Source of the DNA: Cladosporium halotolerans
Lineage: Eukaryota
DNA: 54,758 bases
Direction of reading: 5' to 3'
Assembly (NCBI RefSeq): GCF_011745625.1
Contig: NW_027191513.1
Span: 1 to 54,758, forward strand
Numbering within the stretch: the first letter of the stretch is position 1; the number at the start of each line of letters is the position of its first letter. The translations under genes were made by a program, and so were the position numbers. Under the pieces are notes generated by a model that did not search any database, had not been told where the DNA came from, and saw only the letters and a list, made by a program, of their open reading frames with translations. Shown in pieces: positions 20,779 through 31,772 of the stretch.

Positions 20779-22641
20779 ATGGAGACTTTCCTACGGCGTT
20801 GGCGAGATGACGCTGTATCACGGCATCAATACGATAGTGCGATCTATGTGGGCGACAAGCTGGTGGCTTTGACTGGCTCCGACGAAGACCGATTAGTGCT
20901 GGCGCAAACACATTTCGCAGCTGGCAACTACACGCGCGCCTTCGCATTCGTCTCGCGATCAGACCTCTTGCAGCGTTCTTCAGCATGCAAATACTTGGCG
21001 GCGCACTGCTATATCAAACAGGACAGACACGAGGATGCATTAGGAGTACTGGGTGACAAGAATCCGACACATTTGATCTCGACCACGGACTCGGCACGTA
21101 GGAAGTTGCAAGGGCTTGGGAATGGCGTATCGAGCAAACAACACGGCAAGACTAGGATGCCAACGCGAATAGAACGCGCTGATCGGAGTGAAGAGAGAGA
21201 GGCTGGGGATGCGACAAACTTCAAGTATGAGGCGGGCATGTGTTATTTGCGAGGGCTTTGCTTCGCCAAACAGAATGCATTCGACCGTGCGAAAGAGTGC
21301 TACAAGGACGCGGTGCGAATAGATGTTCAATGCTTCGAAGCGTTCGATCAACTCATGAAGAACTCCCTCATGAGCCCTAGCGAGGAATGGAGTTTCCTTG
21401 ACAGCCTCAATTTCGAGACACTACAACCAGACCCGATGGATCCAGACTCCGCACCAGAGGCCGCTGATTTCGTCCGCAACTTATACATCACACGTCTCTC
21501 GAAGTACCACCGACCCGAGGACTTCTCGACATCCATCGACACCCTTTCCTCACATTACCGCCTAAGCCAGAATGCCGACGTACTTCTTGCGAAGGCTGAA
21601 ATACTTTCAACCAGCGCTCGCTACCAACCAGCTTTGACACTAACATCTGCCATCCTCGACGCAGACCCTTACAACTTCGCGGCCATTCCACTCCATTTAT
21701 CCCTCCTCTACCAGCTCAAGCACACCCACGCGTTGTTTGCCCTTAGCCATGACCTCGCTGATTCCCACCCCAGCGAGCCCACCACCTGGCTTGCCGTCGG
21801 CACATATTACCTCGCCACCAACCGCATTCCCGAAGCCCGCTCCTATTTCTCCAAAGCCTCCTTGATGGACCCTCATTTTGGCCCAGCTTGGATCGGCTTC
21901 GCGCACACCTTCGCGGCCGAAGGCGAATCCGACCAAGCAATTGCCGCCTACAGCACCGCCGCGCGCTTGTTCCAGGGCACGCATCTCCCACAGATGTTCC
22001 TCGGCATGCAAGAGACCGCCCTCGGTAACTTGACCATCGCCCGCGAATACCTGACCGCCGCTTACGACCTCTGTGACCGCGATCCCGCGTTGCTGAACGA
22101 GATCGGCGTGGTCGCTTACATGGAGGAAGACCACGACGCGGCCTGCCGCCACTTTGAGCTCGCGCTCAGTATCGCTGAGCAGAACGAAACGCCGCCCGAA
22201 CAAACGTCTGCGACGCGACTGAATCTTGCGCATGCCCACAGGCGGGCTGGCAGGTTGCAGGAGGCGCTTGTAGAGTTCGAGGAGGTGATTCGTCTCGGAT
22301 TGCGCGAGGCGGGCGTCTTTGCTGCGAAAGGTATGGTTTTGCTGGAGCTTGAGCAGGCTTTCGAGGCTACCGTCGCGTTTCATGAGGCGCTGGCGATTAG
22401 CCCGCAGGATCCGATTGCGGGCGAGTTGCTTTCGAAAGCACTACTGGCGCTCGAGGGCGAGAGTGTGCTTGGGGCGCAGGACGAGGAGGCAGTGGATGCA
22501 GGACTTATGAACAGGGTCAGGGAGATCAAGAGGGCAAATACGGAAGGTAGTGGTAGGGGGAAGGGGAGAAGGAGGAGAAGAATTGGAGCGGATGGTAGTT
22601 TGATTGGAGACGGGATGGAGTTGGACGAGGCCGGGTTGTAA
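20779..22641 (+). CDS. CDC16: Anaphase-promoting complex subunit Apc6/Cdc16/Cut9 (TPR protein)
   Basis: METFLRRWR...SAIYVGDK; TPR segments WLAVGTYY, ARSYFSKASLMDPHFGPAWIGFAHTFAAEGESDQAIAAYSTAARLFQGTHLP, DPALLNEIGV. The ORF-track TTG start at 20728 is probably not used. Confidence 0.95.
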   Translation: METFLRRWRDDAVSRHQYDSAIYVGDKLVALTGSDEDRLVLAQTHFAAGNYTRAFAFVSRSDLLQRSSACKYLAAHCYIKQDRHEDALGVLGDKNPTHLISTTDSARRKLQGLGNGVSSKQHGKTRMPTRIERADRSEEREAGDATNFKYEAGMCYLRGLCFAKQNAFDRAKECYKDAVRIDVQCFEAFDQLMKNSLMSPSEEWSFLDSLNFETLQPDPMDPDSAPEAADFVRNLYITRLSKYHRPEDFSTSIDTLSSHYRLSQNADVLLAKAEILSTSARYQPALTLTSAILDADPYNFAAIPLHLSLLYQLKHTHALFALSHDLADSHPSEPTTWLAVGTYYLATNRIPEARSYFSKASLMDPHFGPAWIGFAHTFAAEGESDQAIAAYSTAARLFQGTHLPQMFLGMQETALGNLTIAREYLTAAYDLCDRDPALLNEIGVVAYMEEDHDAACRHFELALSIAEQNETPPEQTSATRLNLAHAHRRAGRLQEALVEFEEVIRLGLREAGVFAAKGMVLLELEQAFEATVAFHEALAISPQDPIAGELLSKALLALEGESVLGAQDEEAVDAGLMNRVREIKRANTEGSGRGKGRRRRRIGADGSLIGDGMELDEAGL

Positions 22642-22830
22642 GTGGCTTAGCTGGACCGCATGGCGCCTTATTGGATTGGCTTTGGTCTTCGGCCTGCGTT
22701 ACCTTGTCTTGTATGCGCTACCTTAAGATATCCCTGCAAATTTTCATGGCGTGCAAGCCTTCCGACCTGATCTTGTCTTCCCGTAGGCGAGCTTCGCTTC
22801 TGAGTCGATATTGCAATCGCCGGCGAAATC

Positions 22831-24172
22831 TTAGACCCACGGAACTTCCCTCTTCGGCAGGCCGCATCTTAGAAGATTGCTCATTCCGTCTGGCACAGCA
22901 TCTAGTATCTGCAGCTCACCCTTGAGGTTCAACATCAGCATAGACCGCAGACTCGTCTGCAAGTCGTCCTCGTTGGCCAAGGCTTTCCACTCGAGCATCT
23001 TTTGCGCCTTTTTCCTATCTCTTAAGCTGAGGGTCAGAAGACCCTGCTCAGCACAAGAGTCTGCATTGCGGAGCATGTGGTCACAGCTGAGACCCAACCA
23101 CTTCATTTGGGGAAGCTGTAGCTCGTCTGGCTCGTGCGCAGTACACTTTGAGCCGTGCTTGTAGGTTGAGTAGATTGCTATGCCATCCGGATCGAAGTCC
23201 ATCATTCCATGGACGGGTGGAGAGCGAAAGCCGTTTCTCGGAGATGGATTGCTTAGGAGAGAAAGCATGGATCTCGTTGCGATGTCAGGATAACCTTTCG
23301 CAGTGATCATTACACCGTGAGTGGAGAGCGTCTTCCAAGCATTGGAAGCGGCGATAGAACGGAATGTAGCTTCCTTTTCGATCACTAGGATCCATTCGAC
23401 CCGAGTCACGTTTATTGAGAGGATGTCGTTCATGTTCGGCACGAGAATGCCCTCGATATCACCGGACACGTCAACCACATCGCCGTTCCGGCGACAGAAG
23501 CTCAGTGCACCAGCTACAAGGCCTTTCGCTGCAGCTGTCACTTGTAGCGCTGATCGAGGAACGCCAAAGGTGCAAGCGATAGTGTCAACGTATTTGTCGA
23601 CATTTGATTGACGTCCGAACAACGCTGGGTCACGATAGTAGATGTCTCTATTTTATGGATTAGTATGCCCCAGCCAGACCTTGCTCAGCGTTTGATACCG
23701 CTTGGAGATGGTAATGTTGTTGCGCACGGCTTCGTGGATCAATTCTAATATTCGGGTAACAACAGCTGCACCAAGTGAGTTATTTTGCACCTGAGATATG
23801 GACAATGCCGAGCTTACCAAGTCGCCAGGCCTCATTTTCGTCCCGCCCAGGGAAGCAGATATGCTGGGCATGCCGACTTGGTGAAGCCGTGTCGATCACG
23901 ATACCTTGTGGTATTTGCAAGCCGGGTCTGCTCGTCAAAACAAGAAATAATTGTCCTCTTTCTTTGAGTAAGACATCGACCATAGCCTCGAAGATTGACT
24001 CGATCTTGGAAATCACAGTGCCCTGGATGGCGGTATCTATGGCATTTCCCCCTGGTGGTCGTGCGACGAGCGAGCGTATGGATGGCTCAATGCGAGTGTA
24101 AGGCGTTTCTGGGTCGCTGGCGTCGCTCTTCTCATCGAAAACGGTACTGGCTTCGGCAAGTTCCTGAGCCAT
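22831..24172 (-). CDS. SPO11: Meiotic double-strand-break transesterase Spo11/Rec12
   Basis: Exons 24172-23818, 23765-23699, 23647-22831. Splicing restores SKRDIYYRDPALF (catalytic Tyr); also AAAKGLV, Toprim IEKEATF, TAKGYPDIATR and DFDPDG. Confidence 0.93.
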
Positions 24173-24253
24173 GTTGACGGAGCGCTGCGGGTTAAAGTGG
24201 CCTAAGCGGGCTGGAGATGGGTGAAGTCGAAAAGTGAAAGTGGCGCTCGTTTA

Positions 24254-24314
24254 ACGCGGAAGGGTCCGGGGCCGGAGACGCGCTGAGACGCGCTAGCTGT
24301 CGCCTACCACGCGT
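24254..24314. promoter_or_regulatory. MCB (MluI cell-cycle box) cluster in the SPO11/CAC1 divergent promoter
   Basis: ACGCG at 24254, tandem GAGACGCGCT x2 at 24275-24294 and a perfect ACGCGT at 24309-24314. Confidence 0.7.
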
Positions 24315-24409
24315 TCCTCGATAGAGCAGGAACTCCAAGTAACGACCATCTCATCAGTGCACCACAGACCGCCGTACCGGAAGGGCTGCACATCTAGACG
24401 CAACTATCC

Positions 24410-26451
24410 ATGGACGACATCGTATCTTCGCCAGCGTCTCCGCATAATCGGAAACGGCCCGCAGAAAACGACACGTCGCCCTCCAAGAAGCCGCTCAACC
24501 TTAAGGGAACACAGTTCATGATGCCTACACCGCCGGATACAGATCAATCAAGTAACGCGAGTCCGGGGAATGAAGGCGGCAGGGCTGCTTCGCCGGCGCC
24601 GAGTAGCTCCGCTCTGAGCAGCATCCAGGAAGTCGAGAGCATTACCGAGACTGCGACCAACACAAACGGAGACGCAACAAACCAAGCTAGTACAGCAAGC
24701 ACCAGCCAGCCGCCAGCGAAACGCCGAAAGTTGACGCCTTCCGAAAAGATGGAGCAGCAGCGTGCGAAAGAGGCGAAGGCGGTGGAAAAGGCAGAGCAAA
24801 AGGCTCGCAAGGAAGAGGAGAAGCGCGTGAAGGACGAGGAGAAGCGTCTCAAGGCAGAAGAGAAGGAAGCGAAGAGACGAGAGAAAGATCTGGAGGAGGA
24901 ACGCAAAAGCCAGGAGAAACTCAAGAAGGAGCGCTCGCAGATGCGGTTGGGCGCATTCTTCCAGAAGCCGGCGACCCCTGCGAAGACTCAAGGCACGATC
25001 GACGACCCCGAGGACTCTGCTGTCCGTGCTAGGCGCCGGTCACTTTCACTCGAATCATACGACGATATAGCTGGTCAGATCCGACGCTCAGCTTCGCCTT
25101 CGAAAGGTGGAAAAGGTACCCCGAAAGCCACCCAGCCAACGCAAGCTGCTACTGCTGCTCAAACTCCTGCTAAATCCATTTTGTCGGATTACCGCAAATA
25201 CTTTCTGCCTTTTGTCTTACAATCGCACACCACACTTGCTCCTGAAGACAGCTTGAAGCAATCTGAGGAAGAGAGAGAACAGGCACAGCGAGCTTTCGAC
25301 GCAGAGATTGGAGACTCCTCGATCCAGGAGAAATACGATCTCGGCTTGCTGCCATCTTACGCTTCGATCAAGGGCCTTTTCCCGGCTCACCAACGCGCTT
25401 ATAGAGAAGGACCTACCGCGCGACAAGTCGTTGAGCAGATACACGGAACTTCCTCACAGCGCCCAATTGACTTGACTAACGACATTCAACCCCACGATCC
25501 TCTGGATTTGCTCCAATCTCTTTCTCTCCGTTATCTGCATTTTGCTGAAGACGTGCGACCACCATACTTCGGAACGTACACCAAGAAACGTTCGTCACGC
25601 TCGTCACGACGTCTATCCCGCAACCCCTTCGCTCGAGAGCGTGACGACACGAATTATGATTACGACTCGGAAGCTGAGTGGGAGGAGCCCGAGGAAGGCG
25701 AAGATCTCATGAATGACGAGGACGACGAGGCCGAGAGTAACGGAGATCCCGACGAGATGGATGAGTTTCTCGATGACGAGCACGACGAAATGAAAAACAA
25801 GCGCAAGCTCATCACTGGCGACTTGCTACCCGTCAGTACTGGCTTATGTTGGGAGAACAATCAGCGCAAGGTAATACCCAGTACAGAGCGTGATGAAGGC
25901 GCAAGCGATTTGGCAGACATGCGCATGGCTTTCCTCATCCCCGGATTCATTGGTAAAACCATCGATCCATTCAGCACATCATACTGGGAGCCTACGACGA
26001 TGCCGCCGCCTGGTGTTCCACTCAGGGATACTTTTGGCCTATCCCAGCAGCCCATTAGGCAGCCTCTGAAAGAGCGCCACAATAGCAACAGCGCGACGCC
26101 CGATCTCATCGGCGCAGCTCAGGGACAAAAGGGCCCGATCACCAGTTTGTCGACTGCCTCTGGCGAGAAACGCGGCAGAAAGCCTGCGCCGAAAGTGCTG
26201 AGCAAAGAAGATATGGACGAGTTCAAGGATGCTGTTGTGGGTAGTGGGCTGAAGAAAGCAGACCTGTGCAAAGGCTTGAAGTCGAGGTACGTTCTGATGT
26301 GAGCCCATTTTTGACATAAGTTTTGACTGATTGGTCCTGCAGGTTTCCCAAGATCCCAAATGATGTGATCAAAGACACGCTCGGCTCACACTTCGCCCAG
26401 ATGGGAACAAAACGAGACGATAAGAAATGGGTGTATGTCGGAGCATCGTGA
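24410..26451 (+). CDS. CAC1: Chromatin assembly factor 1 subunit A (Cac1/Rlf2/p150)
   Basis: Exons 24410-26286 and 26343-26451. K/E/R-rich coiled coil, PIP box QMRLGAFF, CAF1A core LHFAEDVRPPYFGTY...NPF...YDYDSEAEWEEPEEGEDL, acidic ED tract. Confidence 0.93.
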
Positions 26452-26889
26452 GACGTCACTCCTGGTTTGAACTGCATTTCAGCGCTTTTACATTCTATGA
26501 TATATGACATTAGACCAATTCTCACAGGGGGAAGCTGCGGCGGTCACCCGCCTGCCTTTGCCGATCATCTTGGTGGAACCTTTGGTGCAGGCTTCGAAAA
26601 TGAGCAGGCATCGATACAGCGAAGTAGGCTTCTTCGTCTGTAAAATATCAACACATCAATTTCCGAACACTGATCCGAACCCGGAAATCTTCTTCCTTAA
26701 CCAATGAATCTATAAACAGCGCATTCATCTCTCGTGATCGTCGTAGACGCCCAGCGCTAAGTCATCCAGCCCATGATAACAACTCAGGATAATTACATTT
26801 CGATAGAATCCAATCATCAATTTGATCAAACGACAGCCTACAGCCAAGCTTAACTATGTTGTGTCACTGAGAAATCCGTATCTTCTGCC

Positions 26890-28680
26890 AGGCATACCAT
26901 GAGTGTGGTCTCACTACTTCTGTTTTGAAGAGGCACGGCAAGGATACCCCCCGGTAGAAGAAACTTGGGACTTGAATTCGTCTGTGTTGTAAGTCGACTG
27001 TATTTTGCCGCGCTCTCTCTTCGATTGAGCGGCCGATAGCGTTTGTGCAAGGATGTTGGCCGCGTTCCGACCTTCCTATAAATCCGCCAACCCGAGCGCT
27101 GCGAAGGGAGTTGACCCATCAGCGACGGAGCGTTTTGACCTCAACAGCGAGACCAGTTCGGCCACTTGAACCGAATGGCCTCCTATATCGGCGAAGATGT
27201 CAGTTTGAGGCTTGATGACACCGCTCTCTGGGAATAAAGATGCCAATGTCGACAAAGTAATTTCCACCGTGTCCTCGCAATCTTCGCAGGTATTTTTGTT
27301 TGTTCCAACTTCAGTGCCTGACACTGCCATCATTCTTCCAGTGGCTTTGCGAGCCGACACTTCGTGCAGAGCTTTTGCGTTGATTTTCCCACTCGGCAGT
27401 CGTGACATTTCATGGGCTTCCAATAAGAACAATCTTTGTGGCCGCATGTAAGCTGGCAGGCTTTGGAAGGGCTCCTTTTGCATCCGTGCTGGCTCGCAGG
27501 ACGCGTCACTTCGTACGACCACAAAAGCTTCTAGACTCGTCCTCTCCGTGCCAGCGTTGACTAGAATAACAGCGGCTGCTTGCACTTCGAAAATATTGTA
27601 AAGCCGAGACTCAATCTCTCCAAGCTCAATGCGGAACCTACGGTGCTTGACCTGCGTGTCGATGCGGCCCAGGAACGCGATTTTGCGATCAGCTCGTAGC
27701 TGCACACGATCGCCTGTTCTATATAGTCGCTCTGCACTGTCCGGCATCACTGGGTGGAGAAAGAACCTTTGCGAAGTCAGCTCCGGGCGACGAACGTATC
27801 CAAGTGCGACGCAAGGACCTGCAATAGCTAGCTCTCCGTCTACGCCCTCGCGCAAGAGGAGAGGTTCCACCGAGTGGGACTTTCCCTCCTTTGCTATGGG
27901 TAAGAAGCAAACGTTATACCCAGGCAGAGGGTTGCCGAGGTGACGGGGCAGTCAGGCCGAAGTTCGTCCTAGGTTGCCGTAACAGTTGTCTCAGTTGGAC
28001 CGTAAGTGTTGATGATACGGAGACGCGGTCGCGCAAGGCGATTGACCAGAGTAGGTTGACAGACTTCTCCTCCGAGATTGACGAGACGGACACAAGCTGG
28101 CAACAGCTGGACACATCCCATAGGCTGTGCAACATCCATCATGCCAATCATCATTGGCACAGTGTTGACAATAGTCGTCGCGCGCGAGTAGACTCTAATA
28201 AAGGGCGGATCATGATCGCAGAGCTTGTTTCGCTCGATAACCTGTCAAAGATTCGACTGCGCAAAGGCCGCTTTTCAGCAGCGATCAAGACTGGTCCCAC
28301 CCGATCTTGCAGCTCACAGACTTGATTGGCTTGAACGGAATCCGTGATGATGAGGCCGACCGATGCGTTAACGACACAGTGGCAGCCCAATCGACTGAGA
28401 CGTCTGGGTCAAAGGAAAGCCATGTTGCACCTGGTTATGTCGTAGCTGATATACTCAGTGCAAATTCGACTCTCTCTCTAGCTATACAGCTATAACCGGA
28501 GTACCGCAGTTGTTTGCACAAAGCTGTGTGATTTTCTTCGTCACCAATACCGCAACAACATTCGCTTCCTAATACGGCTTGGTCTGTAAACCATCGACAG
28601 TCTGGCACGAGAATGCTATTGCCTCTCGTCGTGTTCTCGAGTCTCGAAGCCAAATCTGAAATCTGATTCAACTCAGCCAT
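26890..28680 (-). pseudogene. Decayed NRPS-like adenylation-thiolation gene (Pls/PosA-like)
   Basis: Fragments in several frames: GATWLSFDPD, VNLGGEVC, INTYGPTE (A5), GELAIAGPCVALGY (A6), LYRTGD (A7), GRIDTQVKHRRFRIELGEIE (A8), LPSGKIN (A10) and T-domain DIFADIGGHS. Stops at 28435, 27969 and 27076, frameshifts near 28380 and 27940, and the A3 P-loop is missing. Both ends are approximate. Confidence 0.85.
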
Positions 28681-28764
28681 GACTAAGATGCTAGCAAATG
28701 GGTCAGGCGTAGATCGACAGGCTTTCTCCGCGGCGTCCTCCCCTGTCTTGCTGTCCGGAGCACC

Positions 28765-30963
28765 TCAGAGCTTCGCCTTGACTGCTCCCTTGCCTCCATT
28801 GAGCCTCTCGTCGTCTGCAAATTGATAGTAGAAATCCAGGCACTCCTTGTTCGCCAGCGTATCGGAAGGCTTGATCTTCTTTCCAGACACAATCTGCTTG
28901 ACTGGAAGCTCAACTTTCTTGAGGTTGATTGTCGTCTGCATCATGTTGTTAGGCTCACAGAGGTTGCTGCACACAAGTCGCGCGCTTTTACTTACAGGAA
29001 TCTCAGGCGTCTCAAACACATACTTCGGCACGCATCGCCTGCCAACGTCCTTAGCTATAGCATCCTTGGCTCTTTGCACCAGCTCAGCCGTGAATTTCGC
29101 TCCCGGCTTCATGAGCAGGAATAGCATAACGCGCTCGTCCTCATCAGTCGGCCTCCTTTGTCCAACGCAGATACTGTCCTGGATCTCCTCCGGAAATCTG
29201 GCGTCAAGCACATTGTAAATCTCAGCGCTTCCGAACCGCACACCGGACGGGTTGAGTACACCATCTGCACGGCCGTGCAAGTTCACTTGCTTCGTTGTGG
29301 GATTGATAGAGATGAAATCTCCGTGCGCCCACACGGAAGGGTTTTGGAAGCGGGCAAAGTACGCGCCGAAATATTTTGCTCCAATCCTGTGCTTTGCGCC
29401 GTGAGCCGGCTCATCATTCCAAAAGCGCACCGGCATTGTTGGGAACGCATTAGTGCACACAAGCTCGCCCGCCTCGCCCAGTGGGACGGCGTGGCCAGTC
29501 TCGCCTTCTAGTGTATCGGGCGAGAATGCCTGCACGTCCATACCTAGCGCCGCAGTCTGGCAACCGCCGGCGTACAAGGGCTTCAAAGGTGTGTCTAGGA
29601 CCAGACAGGCGGCCAAGTCGGTTCCGCCGCTGATGTTTGCCAGCTGGACGTGCGTAGGGAAGGCTTGCGAGTAGAACTGGTGGAACTGAGGCTCGGAGAG
29701 AACCATTCCTGTGCTCGTAACGCGGCGCAGAGCACTCAGGTCTGCAACTTCGCGAGGGTAGATGGGGGGTTGTGCAGTGGCGAGCGTTTGCATGTAGCGA
29801 GGTGAGGTGCCAAAATCGGTCACACGCTGGGATTCGAGGAGCCGAATGAATGTCTTGGGTTCGGGCTGGAAAGGTGAGCCGTCATAGAGGATGGCCCGCG
29901 AGCCGTGAATCATGCTGCTGCAGGATGTGAGGTACATGATCCAGCCAGTAGTGGTGTATTGCAGCACCGTTGAGTCCGGGCCCATGTCTCGGTGCAGCTT
30001 GCCTTCCTTCTTGTTGTTGACGAGGATTCCGCCGATGCCGTGCACGATACATTTCGGCATGCCGGTTGTACCAGAGCTGTAGACGATGAGAAAAGGGTCG
30101 CCGAACGCAAAGCGCTCGAATTGCAGGATCTTGTTTCCAGCGGAAGCCTGGAGAAAGTTCGAGAGTGTTTCTGTGCGTGGAACGATGGTGATGTCTTCAG
30201 GCCTGTCCTGCCATCGTGGCATGCTGACCATGCCCTGAAACTCTGATATGCCGTTCATACCCGAGATGATCTCCTTCATCTTCGGGCGTAGGTCGACAGT
30301 CTTGCCATTGTAGACCGCCCAGTCGTCTGCAAAAACGAATTTAGGCTTGATTTGGTGCAGCCTGTCGAGCACGCCTTTGGTACCCATGTCCGTGGACGAG
30401 CTACTGAAGAGACCTCCCAGTGCGGTGACGGCATAGAAGACGGTCAGGGTGTCGATCGAATTGGAAGCAACGACAGCTACACGGTCACCTTTACGGACTC
30501 CGCGGGCTCGCATGGCATTAGCCAAGAGAGCTGTTCTTTCACGGATCTCCCGCCAGGTACAGTCCCTGATCTCATTGCAGCCTTCCCTCACCTCCGTACA
30601 AGCAACTGCGTCGTCCTCCTTGTCGATCGTCGTCGCTTTACTAGGATCCGTAGGACTGGGAGTGTATAATACGTTTTCGGCAAAATTGACCCGTACGCCT
30701 TCGAACCAGGAGGGCACAGATTCCATAGGAGCCGATTGATCAACGACTTTCGAGTAGCTCCCGGAATGGACCATTGGATACTGCTTGAAAACCTCTTCCC
30801 AGAAAGCGGAGTTCGAGGTGACGGACCAGCCATGCAATTCATCCCAGGTTTGCATCTTCAGCCCATACTTTCGATTGATTTGCTGCATGAAGGCCCAGGC
30901 ATTGGTGCTTTTTGGGTTGGGATGCTCCCAGAGTTTTGGTGGAGGCGCGAGTTTGCTTGCCAT
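28765..30963 (-). CDS. Acetoacetyl-CoA synthetase (acetoacetate-CoA ligase) with C-terminal PTS1-like AKL
   Basis: Exons 30963-28996 and 28935-28765. WFEGVRVNFAEN, YSSGTTGMPKCIVH, YTTTGWIMY, ISGGTD, WAHGDF, GRADGVLNPSGVRFGSAEIY, KKVELPVK. Confidence 0.93.
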   Translation of the reverse strand: MASKLAPPPKLWEHPNPKSTNAWAFMQQINRKYGLKMQTWDELHGWSVTSNSAFWEEVFKQYPMVHSGSYSKVVDQSAPMESVPSWFEGVRVNFAENVLYTPSPTDPSKATTIDKEDDAVACTEVREGCNEIRDCTWREIRERTALLANAMRARGVRKGDRVAVVASNSIDTLTVFYAVTALGGLFSSSSTDMGTKGVLDRLHQIKPKFVFADDWAVYNGKTVDLRPKMKEIISGMNGISEFQGMVSMPRWQDRPEDITIVPRTETLSNFLQASAGNKILQFERFAFGDPFLIVYSSGTTGMPKCIVHGIGGILVNNKKEGKLHRDMGPDSTVLQYTTTGWIMYLTSCSSMIHGSRAILYDGSPFQPEPKTFIRLLESQRVTDFGTSPRYMQTLATAQPPIYPREVADLSALRRVTSTGMVLSEPQFHQFYSQAFPTHVQLANISGGTDLAACLVLDTPLKPLYAGGCQTAALGMDVQAFSPDTLEGETGHAVPLGEAGELVCTNAFPTMPVRFWNDEPAHGAKHRIGAKYFGAYFARFQNPSVWAHGDFISINPTTKQVNLHGRADGVLNPSGVRFGSAEIYNVLDARFPEEIQDSICVGQRRPTDEDERVMLFLLMKPGAKFTAELVQRAKDAIAKDVGRRCVPKYVFETPEIPVSKSARLVCSNLCEPNNMMQTTINLKKVELPVKQIVSGKKIKPSDTLANKECLDFYYQFADDERLNGGKGAVKAKL

Positions 30964-31772
30964 GTTGCTCTAAAGTGCTATGTTTTTCAGCCAAAATTGT
31001 AGAAATGATCCACGAAGTATGCTCCAAGGATACGCAATTTCAAGCTGAAAGCATGATGCATTGTTATATGCAAGATAAGAGTTTCCGGGTAGTCGGCTAT
31101 CGAGCTCATGTCGTCGGCTCGGTTCGGTACAAAGTTGAAGCGGGGTGGCATTCGTGGGATTTGGACGACGAACACTCGACACGACATCTTGCACTTTCCA
31201 GGGTACTAATCGTATCAGCTGGGCATGATAAAATACTCGTCCAGCACGTGGGGCTGTGGACTAGCTGTTTGCCCGTTCCTGATCTGCGAGCTTTGTTCTT
31301 CGGCTTTACAGCGAAAGGCTGCAACACGATCAGTGCGCACCGAAAGCTGCCCATCTGTGGAACTTCATCGACACCCTCCGTCCTCACCTACAGGATTTCA
31401 TGTTTTGGGCGACGGCGCTGTCAGCCGCTATCAATTGATTGATAGATCTCCAGCTCAGCGCACTGTACATATATGCAGACGATCAGCTGCCGAGAGGCCA
31501 GCTCCAATGTGAACACGCAGCGAAGGATTCGCTGTGGAGAGCTGTACCAAGGTAGGAGAGCTGCTAACCCAATCAGTCACAGCATACCACAGCCGCAGTT
31601 GACTCGATCGGCGACACGAGGTTCTTGGTGGACGGGCTATGTCTTGTCCCTTGCTACAAGCGAAGATGCCGAGTTGATCGGACCTGTTATTCACTTGATC
31701 CACAACACTCACCTTTTTCGAATAAACCCGCCGGCGCAGACCACTCGTCGGTACAGCCCATGATAAACCACA

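Noticed and set aside
9070..22383. Long antisense ORFs (9070-9798, 13200-14057, 19776-20402, 21697-22383; likewise 31455-32195)
   Set aside because: They are shadows of well-supported genes on the opposite strand, explained by GC-rich codon usage.
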